This document shows, in pieces, positions 40,500 to 52,837 of a stretch of 64,000 nucleotides of DNA. Where the stretch lies: the NCBI RefSeq assembly GCF_009914755.1, contig NC_060935.1. One strand, given 5' to 3'. The DNA comes from the human T2T-CHM13v2.0 reference genome, Homo sapiens. The notes beneath the pieces are model-generated. The model saw only the letters and a program-made list of their open reading frames with translations, did not search any database and was not told where the DNA came from. Made by a program: the position numbers and the translations under genes. The number at the start of each line of letters is the position of its first letter. Within the stretch, counting starts at the first letter, position 1.

Positions 40500-41575
40500 T
40501 TAATAAGAAAGGTTTACATCTCACTCACCTTACATATAGTCAGGACCATGACATTGCCAGAAACAGCATCACCTCTAGAATTAACTCAGTCTCCTACTAA
40601 GCAATCACAAACTCCTATTCTTTCAGCTTATTTTCTCTAGTACTCTCATGTCAATAATTATCCAAACTCATCGAAATCCCTGACCCCCTCCACTTCCCCT
40701 GATCCCCTCCACTTTCTCTCTAATTGCCAACCTTCTATCATTCAGACCCTAGCCCAGATTCATGGCCCATGATACTATCATGGTAATATCCCTAAGTTTC
40801 TTGCCTGTGTGTGCTTTAATTGTGCTCATCCCAACCCTGAATGAATCTAAGCCTTTGCCTTCTCATTTCGTCATTCACACAGCTTAATCTGCTGAAGACC
40901 ATCACATAACTGGAAAAATTGCTTTCACCATATAGCCATGATCACCAACCCCAAACTCAATACTGTCTAGCTCCTTTGGTCTGATACCCAGTTGAGTTCA
41001 CTCACTAGGTTAACAGCAGGCATTATTCTAATAAGCTCAGTCTCCCACTCTTTGCAAAATTCTCCAATTTCTCAAAGATCCCAAACTTCAGCTCTATTTA
41101 TAGTAGTCTGGCTTACCTTGTGTCTTGTTAAAGAGAGAGGAGGAGGGGGGACAGGAGGAAGGGAAGAAGGAGGAGGAGGAACAAGGAAAGGAGAAGAAGG
41201 AAAAGGAGATAGAGAAGAAAAAGTGGAAGCCACCTAATAGTATCTCCCATACCTTCCTACCTTCAAATGTACAAAAATACCTAATCTGCAGTCATTTCTC
41301 TTTCTTTCCTTTTATAACCATGAAACATACCTTGCTAGCAATGATCACGCCCTCTACCCTTTCCATACGCTTTGGATTTCATTCTCTCTCATGTTCTCAG
41401 TTATCCTACTCTCTCTTGCATCTTCTGTCTCTCCTTCTATAACAGATTTTTACATCATCATTAAATATTATCACAATTCCCATATTGTTTTTTTAAATCC
41501 TCTTTTAGTCTCATATTCCCCTCTAGCTACTTCCCCATTTTTCTGTACAGCGAAACTCCACCAAAAAGTTAAAAA
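40500..41575 (+). mobile_element. L2 internal relic containing a purine-rich low-complexity tract (41130-41225)
   Basis: ccaaccctgaatgaatc...ctgctgaagaccatcacataactgg; GGA/GAA repeats. Confidence 0.5.
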
Positions 41576-41689
41576 TAATATCTGACATACTTAAATGAAG
41601 AGGCATAAACTAACATATTTAATGTACCTTTCACCAGGTCTGATCTATGCCAGATGCTCAATAAGTGATAGCACTGGTAGTAAAAACAG

Positions 41690-41940
41690 GAATAAAAATA
41701 ATAATTGCAACAAACATAGAAATTTTCTTATATGCGAGCACAACCCTTAGCATTATGAGTAGATTATCAAAGGTTGTCCCTTCAACAACCCTATGAAGCA
41801 GGTATTAATTTTATCCTAGTTTTATAGATGATATATTTGAAGCTTAGAAAGCTTAATTTGCCCAAGGTCACACATCTAGTAGAAGACATGACCAGGATTT
41901 CCTTCCAAATCTCTCTGACTGCATAGACAATGACTGTCAC
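41690..41940 (-). mobile_element. MIR SINE
   Basis: caacaaccctatgaagcaggtatt...tttatagatga...tttgcccaaggtcacacatctagt. Confidence 0.85.
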
Positions 41941-42950
41941 CCTCTAAGTCACCTCTTCCTCTCTTGCTCCAGTGCTCTTTTTATACTTCTACCTCACAAG
42001 ACCAGAGTAGCACAGTAACAATTAGGAAGGATTTCTGTGAAGTTGGATAACGCTGGCTTAAACTCCAGCTCCCTTAGGGTGTCAGTCCATAGGCAGATCC
42101 ACTAGGAAAATTCTAAGGAAAGTGTTTTTATGGAGGGGAAACAAGTTTTACTCACAACAAATGACTGAAGAAATATTCTGTGAATAAAGACGATAAAAGA
42201 CGTTCTCATAAGGATAACATGAAGCTTGGGAGAGAGGTGATCTCTGTGGGTTTAGACAGCATAGGAGTGGACAGATGATGATGATCTTTTGGTGAATATA
42301 CCAAATATAAACTAACTATAGAAACACGTTTTGGTAACCAGTTACAGAAGGAATGGTGGACTCAAATTTATAGGACCTCAGACATTAAGTGATTTATACT
42401 CAGCCAACTGTATCCTTGATTCAGAGTCTTAAACAGCTCATACAAATTCATTTAGGTAATGCACCTAGCACAGCCTCTGGTATATAACAGGAGATCAGCA
42501 ATGGTACCTATTATTATTCAGGTTCTGTGGTTATTGAATAAATGGCAACTCCTCTTTCCATAGCATATTTTGAAATTGCATATTAATATAATTCTACATG
42601 CGCCAGAGATGCATAAAAACGGATAATGCTTTTTTAGGCATTCCATTTGACAGGCTATTAAATTAACTCTTTTAATCTTTTCAATAACCCATTAGAGAAG
42701 ATACTATTATTATCCCCATTTTACAGAGAAGCTAAGTAGGTTATATAACACTTGCGGTAAATAGGAGTTAGACGCAGAATGGAACACATGCATTTAACCA
42801 ACACTTTAAAATGATCAATATAGGTATTAGGTATTATGCAACTGATTTCTCCAATGCATATAATACTGGCTTAGAGACATAAAGGGTGTGTGTGTATGTT
42901 TCAAGTGAATCATCATCTATTTCCAACAAATAGAATTGTTGGTTAACATG

Positions 42951-43125
42951 AGGAAAGAGAGAGAGAAGAAAAAGAAAAGAAAGAAGGAAAAGAGGAAGGG
43001 AGTAAAGATGAAAGGGAGGGAGGGAGGAAGGGAGAGAGGGAGGGAGGAAGGGAGGGAGGAAGGAAGGAAAGAAGGAAAGAAGGAAGGAAGGAAGGAAGGA
43101 AGGGAGGGAGGGAGGGAGGGAAAGA
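42951..43125. repeat. Polypurine (GAAA/GGAA/GGGA)n tract
   Basis: directly visible; about 175 nt, almost entirely purine. Confidence 0.95.
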
Positions 43126-43136
43126 ACTAGAGAAAG

Positions 43137-43411
43137 AGCCAGGCATGGTGTCTCACGCCTGTAATCCTGACACTTTGGGAGGGTGAAGCAGGTGAATTAC
43201 TTGAGGTTAGGAGTTCGAAACCAGCCTGGGCAACATGGCAAAACCCCATCTGTACTAAAAATACAAAAATTAGCTGGGTATGGTGTTGCATGCCTGTAGT
43301 CCCAGCTATGCAGGACGCTGAGGAATGAGAATTGGTTGAACCCAAGAAGTGGAGGTTGAAATGAGCCAAGATGACACTCCATCCTAGGAGAGTGAGAGAG
43401 AGAGAGAGAGA
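43137..43411 (+). mobile_element. Degenerate AluS/J with a (GA)n tail
   Basis: dimer recognisable; 3' end shortened and followed by gagagaga. Confidence 0.9.
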
Positions 43412-44329
43412 AGCCTGTATTAAATACAGTTCAACACAAATGGAAGGAACTGTAAGAAGCAGAAAGTATTCAACGAATGAGGTGATGACCCACTCTACAT
43501 ATTAAATGTGAGGGATGACTGGCAAAGTTGGAATGTCCTCAAAGATGTTCTCACTCAATAGGGAAATGTCAAGACCAGAGGGAAAAGCTGAATGTAAACA
43601 GATGCATCAAAAATGCTTACAATTAGATAACAAAAAGTCAGGTAGGAAACATTGGAGGTTAAAACACATTGATTGCAAAATCAGTCACAATATGAAAAGT
43701 GTACCCTTGAATAGAGGCCAGATACAATTAAAGAAAGTGTGGAAACTAAGTATACCTAGAGAAGGAAAAAGGAAAAATAAATTGTAATGGTTGAGGGGAG
43801 GGTTGCCTAAACTGCTATATACCAAACAGTTAATTTTTATATGCACCCCTTGAAATATGTTGAATATTTCTATTTTATATGAGAATATTGAGGATTAAAG
43901 AGGCAAAGTGAATTTTCCAGGGTCACTTAACTATTATGGTGAATTTCAAGCACAGCCACTAAGAATCAGAATTTGCACTATATTGACTTATAAATCCACG
44001 ATTTTTTTCATTCCCAGAAATTGCCTCTGAGGAAATAACTATATAGTTATTAGCAAGCATGTCCAAGAGGTTTAACTAAGAGAAGAAAATGGCATGGAAT
44101 CCCAAGCCTTTTCTTTCCAGACAGCCAACTTGGGATTTCTCATGCTTCAGAAGCACCGTTGCATTTTGACAGCACCATTTATGGGTTGCTCAGCCTATTA
44201 TAGCTTTGCATTAGTTTCTTGTGGATCCTTCTCATGTTCTCTGTCTTTTTTCTTTTTTTTTTTTTTAATTTTTCATGGCACCAAGTATAAGACAGATGAG
44301 CTAGGTATTGGTGGAAAATAAAATCCACA

Positions 44330-44640
44330 GGCTGGGTGCAGTGGCTCATGCCTGTAATCCCAGCACTTTGGGACGCCAAGGCGGGCGGATCGCGAGGTCA
44401 GGAGTTCAAGACCAGCCTGGCCAAGATAGTGAAACCCCATCTCTACTAAAAATACAAAAATTAGCTGGGCGTGGTGGTGGGTGCCTGTAATACCAGCTAC
44501 TCGGGAGGCTGAGGCAGAGAATTGCTTGAACCCAGGAGGTGGAGGTTGCAGTGAGCCAAGATCACACCACTGCACTCTAGCCTAGGTGACAGAGTAAGAC
44601 TCCATCTCAAAAAAAAAGAAAAAAAGAAAAGAAAAGAAAA
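44330..44640 (+). mobile_element. AluS (Sg/Sx3-like)
   Basis: ggatcgcgaggtcaggagttcaagacc; flanked by gaaaa(t/g)aaaatcca. Confidence 0.95.
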
Positions 44641-44756
44641 ATCCATGAACATGAACACACACACACCTCTCTCTCTCTCTCTCTCTCATTTAACAAAGGA
44701 TGCCAAAACAAGGCCACATAGGGCATGAGCAGTTAGAGCTTGCCTTACCATCACTT

Positions 44757-47292
44757 GTATCTTTTTTTAGTGTTTTTAGGGGGTTGTTTTGTTTTGTTTT
44801 GTTTTTATTTCAATAGTTTTAGGGGTACAAGTAGTTTTTGGTTACATGGATGGATTCTATAGTTGTTAAGTCTGAAATTTCAGTTTGCCTGTCACACAGT
44901 GTATTAGTCAGGGTTCCCTAGAGGGGCAGAGCTAATAGGATAGATATATGTATATATATAAAGGGGAGTTTATTAAGCATTAACTAACATAATCACAAGG
45001 TCCCACAATAGGCTGTCTGTAAACTGAGGAGCAAGGAGAGCCAGTGCAAGTCTCAAAACTGAAGAACTTGGAGTCCGATGGTTGAGGGCAGGAAGCATCC
45101 AGCATGAGAGAAAGATGTAGGCTGGGAGGCTAGGCCAGTCTCTCCTTTTCACATTGTTCTGCCTGCTTATATTCTACCCATGCTGGCAGCTGATTAGACT
45201 GTGACCACCCAAATTAAGGGTGGGTCTGTCTCTCCCAGCCCATTGACTCAAATGTTAATCTCTTTTGGCAACACCCTCACAGACACACCTAGGATCAATA
45301 CTTTGCATCCTTCAATCCAATCAAGTTGACACTTATTATTAACCACCACACCTAACTAATGTACTTTGTACCCACTATGTAGTTTTTTATCCTCCATCCC
45401 CCTTCTGAGCTTCCATAGCCCATTACAGTACTCTGCATGCCTTTGTGTACCCATAGATTAGGTCCCACTTATAAGTGAGAACATACGGTATTTGGTTGTC
45501 CATTCCTGAGTTACTTCACTTAGAATAATGGCCTCTAGCTCCTCCAAGTTGCTGCAAAATACACTATTTTGTTCTTTTTTATGGCTGAGTAGTATTCCAT
45601 TGTGTATATATACTGCACTTTTTTCACTCTTGGGTTGATGGGCACTTAGATTGGTTCCATATCTTTACAACTGTGAATTGTGCTGTGATGAACATATGCA
45701 CGTAGATGTCTTTTTGATATAATAACTTCTTTTCCTTTGGGTAGATATTCAATAGTGGGATTGCTGGGTCAAATGGTAGATCTATTTTTAGTTTTTGAGA
45801 AAACTCCATACTCTTTTCCACAAAGGTTTTACTAATTTACTTTCCCACCGGCAGTGTATAAGAATTCCCTTTTCACCACATCTACACCAACATCTGTTAT
45901 TTTTTTATTTTTTAATAATGGCCATTCTGGCTGGGGTAAAGTGGTATCTCACTGTAGTTTTAATTTGCATTTCCTAGTGATTAGCAATGTTGAACATTTT
46001 TTCATGCATTTGTTGGCCATATATATTTACATATATTTGTGTATCTTCCTTCAAGAAGTGTCTATTCATGACATTTACCTATTTTGATGAGATTATTTTT
46101 TCTTGCTGATTTCTTTGGTTCCTTGAAGATTCTGGATATTATTCCTTTGTCTGATGCATAGTTTGCAAATATTTTCTCCCATTCTGTAGGTTTCTGCTGT
46201 TTCTCCCATTCTGTCTGTTTATGTCTTTTGCTGATTATTACGTCTTTTCCTGTGTGGAAGCTTTGTAGTTTAATTAGGTCACATTTATTTTAGTTTTTGT
46301 TGTGTTTCCTTTTCAGGTCTTAGTCATAAATTCTTTGCCTACGTCAACATCCAGTAGAGTTTTTCCTAGGTTTTCTTCTAGAATTTTTATGATTTCAGGT
46401 CTTAGATTTAAGTCATTAATCCATCTGAATTGATTAATCCATCTGAATTGATATGGTGAGAGATAGGGATCCAGTTTCATTCTTCTTCATACGGCTATTC
46501 AGTTTTCCTGACACCATTTATTGAATAGGGAGTCCTTTCCCCAACTTATGTTTTTGTATGCTTTGTCAAAGATCAACTGGTTGTAAGTATTTGTCTTTGC
46601 TTCTAGATTCCCTATTCTGTTCCGTTGGTCTATGTCTCTACTTTTATACTAATATCATGTTGTTTCAGTTACTACAGGCTTGTAGTATAATTTGAAATTG
46701 GGTAATTTGATGCCTCCAGATTTCTTTTTGTTTAGGATTGCATTAGCTATTTGAGCTTTTTTGGTTCCATATGAACTTTAGGATTATTTTTTCTAATTCT
46801 GTGGAAAATGATATTGGTATGTTGATGAATTGCAATTAATCTGTAGATTGCTTTGGGCAGTATGGTCATTTTCATGATATTGATTCTTCCAGTCCATGAG
46901 CATGGAAAGTATTTCTATTTGTGTCATCTATGATTTATTTCAGCAGTGTTTTATAGTTCTCCTTGTAGAGATTTTTCACTTCCTTGGTTAAATATATTCC
47001 TAGGTATTTCGATTTTTTTTCATCTATTTTAAAAAGGATTGAGTTCTGTATTTGATTCTCAGCTTGGTCATTGTTGGTGTACAGCAGTGCTATTGATTTG
47101 TGTACATTGATTTTGTAACCTGATATTTTACTGAATTCATTTATCAAATCTAGAAATCTTTTGGAGGAGTCTTTAGGGTTTTCTAGGTATACAATTATAT
47201 CATTGGCAAACAGAAATAGTTTTACCTCATCTTTTCCAATTTGGGTGCCCTTTATTTCTTTCTCTTGCCTGATTGCTTTTGCTAGGACTTCC
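44757..47292 (-). mobile_element. L1PB-like, 5'-truncated (ORF2 3' half plus 3' UTR)
   Basis: antisense ORF2 peptide [17 protein letters not shown]...[24 protein letters not shown]; L1PB 3' UTR; TSD taccat(c/a)actt at 44746-44756 / 47293-47303. Confidence 0.93.
44900..45350 (-). mobile_element. MLT2A1-like (HERV-L) solo LTR inserted in the L1PB 3' UTR
   Basis: tgtattagtcagggttc...gctgggaggctaggccagtct...tcaatccaatcaagttgacac...aaccaccaca. Confidence 0.93.
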
Positions 47293-47524
47293 TACCATAA
47301 CTTTTGTAACATGGATCTATTGTTGGCAATTATGTTGTCCATGCAAAGCAGGGTCTTTATACTTGGAGTTTATATCACTATTCAGGAAGAACTTACTTAA
47401 TTCTTTTAAGGGAATATTGATAGAATTGGAAATGTCATGATTCTCTCGCTCTCTCTGACAATTCCAAAACTTTAGGGTATGTTTCTTGCAATATTTCACT
47501 CCTGGTACCAAATTATTTTTCATC

Positions 47525-47855
47525 TAGTCTTCTTTGGATTGAAAGTAAAAGGAAGTCCAACAAAGGAAAATTTACCATCTCCTGGAACCATTAAAGTAAA
47601 TCCTAAATAATGTGACTCCAGGATTGGTTAATCCAGTTACTTCCCATTATTAAGGACCCAAGTTCTTTCAACCATTGATGTGTCACCTTTGTCCAACTGA
47701 AAGATGCTGCCACATTTTCTAACTTCCTATCTAAACACAACAACATCCCTCTTGTGTGTTATTTTTAAAACGAAAACAAGCTTTTCCAGAATCTCCTTAT
47801 TAGGCATCTTATTTTGTCTCAGTGGCTAGGATTGCATTACATGCAATTCAAAAAA
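47525..47855 (-). mobile_element. Old MLT1-like LTR fragment
   Basis: aaggacccaagttcttt...aagatgctgccac...cagtggctaggattg. Confidence 0.5.
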
Positions 47856-48089
47856 ATCTAAGCTCAATGAGAGAATCAATGTTGCCCATATTGTTCACTT
47901 CTGTCTCCCTAGAATTCAGAACGATATCTGGTACTTATATTTAAATAAGTTATAACAACCTATTTCATTTTATAATATACTAATGATAATAAAAACAATA
48001 ATAGAAATAATATAGCATATCTGTTAAGACCTGTATTCTGGAGCCAAATGGCCTGGTATTATTTTCTCTCTCTTTTTGGGTCTCAAATC

Positions 48090-48925
48090 AACAAAATCGG
48101 ATTAATCATGATCTTTCATTCATGATACACTCTTGTTATTGCGCCATATATAGATCAGTTTATTCACTTATTTACTAACAGTGCAAGACACATTCATGAA
48201 CTCATCACTCAAAACAAAAATTAGGACCTTGACAATAACATACATCTAACTTTATGATTACCATTCCCATTCCCCGCCTGACCCTACCAAAGATAAAAAT
48301 TCTAATGAACTAGTCTAGTGAATCATGTTTCAATATTCCCTTGATTTTCTTGATTTGTTTTTTATAGTTCATTAAATCTACATGTATCATAAAAATATTT
48401 TATTTTGTTGTTTTCAACTTTACAAAAAGATTATAAACTTATATGTAATATTTTGGGATTTTTTCAGTTAATATTACATTTGCTGATTTTCACTCATATC
48501 TTTGCATGTCATCATAGTCTATTCACTTTAACTGCTATATAATAGTCCATTATGTGAATATTCTGCCATGTGTTCTCCTGCTTTCCTGTTGATTATCACT
48601 TGATTTATTTCATATATTTACTATTTTTTAAAGACCTGTTGTAAATATGCTGGCATAGCTCCCCACTGTACACATACAAGAGCTTCTCTTTGATTTTTAT
48701 ACATCCATGTGGATTTGCTGGATCATGAGGTACATGAGTATTCAAACCTAGTGGGTAAAAAAAAAACAAAAAAACTGTTTTCCAAAGTGGTTGAACCAAT
48801 TTACAAATCCAGTAGTAATGTCTACAATAGCTTGTGGCTCTACTTCCACTTTGATAATGTGATACTGTCCTCTCCCTGATTCCACTTTTTTCTATTGAGT
48901 TATCTGTGCTTTCTTTATAGATATG
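48090..48925 (-). mobile_element. L1ME-like 3' relic splitting a MIR (about 48010-48062 and 48985-49175)
   Basis: ttttaactgctatataatagtccattatgtgaata; ggatttgctggatcatgagg; ttttccaaagtggttg. Confidence 0.7.
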
Positions 48926-48928
48926 TAG

Positions 48929-48932
<4 letters not shown>

Positions 48933-48965
<33 letters not shown>
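48933..48965. repeat. (CA)n microsatellite
   Basis: directly visible. Confidence 0.98.
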
Positions 48966-48967
<2 letters not shown>

Positions 48968-49545
48968 CTCGTATTTTTGATCCAACCCGTTTCTTGTTTT
49001 TCTGCTAGATTTAGGGTAAGCAATTTATCTGTGCCTTTGTTTTTCACCTATAAAATGAGGGGAAAGATGCTACCTACCTCATAGAGTTGTCTTGAGGAAT
49101 AAATTAGTTAATATAGAGATAGCAATTCAAAGAGTACCTGAAGTGCCACTAAAGGGTTAATTTTTATTTATTACATGGAAATTCCTATCAACTAGGCATT
49201 ATTATACTGGATCTTATTCAATCTCACAAAATCCTAGGTGATATCAAGTTTGTCATTCCCACTTTACAAATAAACAAGTTAAGTCTTTAAAAAGTTAAAT
49301 AACTTGCCCCAGATCATACAGCTAGAATATGGTAGGGCTAGATTGTGCCCCCAGATAGTCTCATACTGAACTTCAGAGTGTTTTTTAATCACTCTACCTC
49401 ACTGCCTCTTTTTTCATCATGAAAATGAAAAACTCTTGTGAAATTTTGCAAAGAGGAAAATACCACAGAAAGTAACATTTTGATTACCATGCTTATTACA
49501 TATGTGGAAAATATAGTTTCTACCTTGCAGAATTGTTATTTAAAT

Positions 49546-50059
49546 TGATCTGATTTTTGAGTAGGAGCAAAAATTTACAGTAAAATGTTCTAGGTAGATC
49601 AATTTGCCTAAAATTGATCAATATAATATATATGGTATACAACTAGCACATGATAGGTGGTCATTTAGCAAATGCTAGTTACGATTATTATTTTCTCATA
49701 TCTCACAAATCCAATGAGACAGATCTGCTACCCATCTTATCAATGGGAAAGTGAAGCTCCAAGAAGATAAGTAACTTGCTCAAAGTTACGCATTATCAGA
49801 GTAGTTGTAGATCCATAAGCCTGACTTATTGCCTACATACATCTGCAAAATGCTATATTTTACTATAGAAATTGCTAAATTTCTCTAGTCCAAAGAACAA
49901 GGATTACATATCCCAGATAGGAAAAAACAAATATGAACAACTGTCATTATTAACAAATGGCCTAACAATGACAGAAAATGATTCATTCAAATTTTAGGCA
50001 AATTGATCTACCTAGAACATTTTGCTGTAAATTTTTACTCCTATTCAAAACTCAGGTCA
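49546..50059. repeat. 70-bp inverted duplication around a 374-bp spacer
   Basis: arms 49546-49615 and 49990-50059, 65/70 complementary. Confidence 0.95.
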
Positions 50060-50669
50060 CTGTTTTTATGATGCACACAAAAAAGAAGTTAACATATATG
50101 TAGGGCTCTTTAATAAATATATATACACCATAATGACTGCGATAAATATCAAGAATGGGAAATATGGTGTTAGAATATCAAATCCCATGGTATAACATTC
50201 ATTTTTTTAACCATTTAAGGGCAATTTACATATATTATAGTTATTTATCCTTAAATAGTTCAGAGCATATTCTTAGTACAGGATATTTTCTTACATAATC
50301 ACAATGCAACTATTAGCCTCAGGAAATTTAACATTGCCACAGTACTTTTTGTCTAGGTTAGTGTCCATATTTTAATTTTGTTAATTGGCTCAATAGAGGC
50401 CTTTATAACATTTTGCCCCCTCGATACAGTATCTAGTCTAGGGTCAGGTATTGCAATTAGTTATGTCTCTTTAGCCTCCTTTATTTACTCTGGAGATGGT
50501 TTATAGGTCTTTTAAAATTTTTTATTGATACATAGTATTGTACATTTTTATAGGGTACATATTTGAGATCTAAAAAAGTTAATCTCATGGAGGTAGACAT
50601 TAGAATGATAGTTATCTTCTTTTTAGTGATCTACTTTATCTTCTTTACCTCTCTGTCTACTTAAATTAT

Positions 50670-51345
50670 GTGATAATCATCTTCAAATATTTAAAAGGCT
50701 TTGTGTTGAAAAACGAATTAGGTTTGTTCCATATGGCTCTGTAGAAGAGATCTAAGACCAATGGCAGACTGTATAGGGAGATAATAATATTATTAGCAAT
50801 AATAATAAGCTAATATTTATTAAGCATTTATTATCCATTAAGCACTGTGACAAGTACTTCAGGTGAATCATCTCATTTAATTCTGACAATGATGCAAGTG
50901 GTAGGTTTCACTCTGTGAGAGAGAAAACAGGGGGCTGGAGAAGTTAAATAATTTGTTAAATAATTTATGACTGACGAGCAGTGGATAGTAACCCAGGACT
51001 GCCGAAGTCTAAAATGCATATTCTCTACCACAGTGGAATATGCTTTAAAAGAAGAAAAGCTTTGAAACTGAACTGTCCAAAGAGCCATTTCCCCATCATT
51101 AGTGACATAAAAGAAAGGGTGACTTAAAAGAAACAATTTGACTGGGATCTTACTGAAAAGGTTTATATATTTATTTATTTAAGCCAGATTTATTAAGTGA
51201 CTACTATATAGGAGTCACATAATTTTACAAGTTAATGATTAAATGAAAGTCAACATTGTTTCAAGAAAGTAAATTTAAATGTAAGGTAAAAAATTGAACT
51301 GAATGATTTTTTTAGTTTCTCTAGCCTTGTAATTCTGTGACTCAT
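50670..51345 (+). mobile_element. L3/CR1 3' relic interrupted by a MIR (-, about 50785-51035)
   Basis: atcttcaaatatttaaaaggct...ttaggtttgttccatatggctc...aagaccaatgg; ends with attctgtgactc. Confidence 0.7.
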
Positions 51346-52349
51346 TATTTCCCTATGCCAAATAATGCCAGTAGTTACTAAAACAATTAAAACTAAAGGA
51401 AATTGTCAATTCCGCTAGCCAATTTCTCTCTTTCCCAATATTTTACCCACTCTCCGAGTCAATATGCTGATTAATTATGTTCAACGCCATCCAAAATTGA
51501 GAAGTGAAATCCAGGCATTCCTACTGAGTTTGAAACTGATGCTGAAACTTCAAGCTGTGATGTAGCTGTGAACTGCCTATCTCCTAAATATTTCATATAC
51601 TTTCACTGCCATTTCATCAGGGATGGAAGATAATCCATTTTTCTGCATGAAATCATCATTTCATTTCCTGTTGTCAGGCTAGATAGCTTATCTATTTTGA
51701 TAACAAAATATGTAGATAACACTTTTGTTTCCTCCATTTACCAAACATTATGAGACATTTCCCTACTAATTACTGAGCAAATTGAAAAGAGTAAGACAAG
51801 TGCCAACCTTCCCTAATTTGTTCATAAAAAACCTTTCGAATACTTTGTGCACTTTGGGAAGATTTTATAACAAAAGTAGTTTTGAGAAAAAATCATTTGT
51901 GGTCATTTTTGTATTTTGTAGTTTCTGACAAGAATATATCCACAATGGAGGATGGTTCCACAGTAATCAGATTCTATTTATTCTTTGCATTTGATTGGAA
52001 AGTGGCAATCAATTATTACAAGGTTGAACAGTAAACACTATGATCAACTTGTGCTTTATGAGATGGCTGTAGGTCACACCACAACAATAGAAAAGCAAGA
52101 AAACACTTTATGTGCCATTAAAAAAAAGGCTTGAAACTTACAATGGTTCCACCATTGCCTACAGTGGCTTTGCATCAGATTGGTCCATAAGGCTTTGAAA
52201 ATAACATACACCGCAAGCTCGCTTTTGTGCTTTCTAATTCAAGAGGGCTGGGGTAAGCCAAGACCTCAGAAATGTATTTGAAGTCTTCAGAAGAGTCCGA
52301 TGAACTCTCCCAGTGGAGAACTGTTGATTTGCCTGATAAAGTACAAAAT

Positions 52350-52447
52350 CCTGCATGCCTACATCAAAACATCTGATGTATCCCATAAATATATATACTT
52401 ACCATGTACACACCAAAATTAAAAATTAAATAAATTTAAAAAAAAAA
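52350..52447 (+). mobile_element. L1MA(1-3) extreme 3' end
   Basis: catcaaaacatctgatgtatcccataaatatatatacttaccatgtacacaccaaaattaaaaatt plus A tail. Confidence 0.85.
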
Positions 52448-52636
52448 CAAAATTCTTAGCATGGTCACTAGACTCATGATGCTTAGCATCACATACCAGC
52501 CCCATTTCCAAACTACTTCAAGACTTATGCTTAAGTCATACTGAATTACTTGTGGTTTCTTGAAAGCATCGTGCTGTTTTTCATGATGCTCCTTTCCCTG
52601 GATTAAACTTTTCCCCTTGCATTCTATTCTGTTTTT

Positions 52637-52837
52637 TCCCCCATTGTACACTTGGAGCTTGCTTTCTTTCTTCTTTCTTTCTTTCTTTCCTTTCTTTCTT
52701 TCTCTTTCTCTCTCTCTCTCTCCCTCTCTCTCTCTTTCGTTCCTTCTTCTCTCACTCTGTCACCCAGGCTGGAGCACAGCTCACTTGCTGCCTCAACTTC
52801 CTAGGCTCAAATGATGCTCCCATCTCAACCTCCCTGA
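52637..52837 (-). mobile_element. 5'-truncated AluJ-like right arm with a (TTTC/TC)n tail
   Basis: tctcactctgtcacccaggctggag...ctaggctcaaatgatgctccc; flanked by gcattctattct direct repeats. Confidence 0.85.

Noticed and set aside
40992-43146. Glu/Lys/Gly-rich and Pro/Ser-rich ORFs
   Set aside because: Translations of purine-rich simple repeats.
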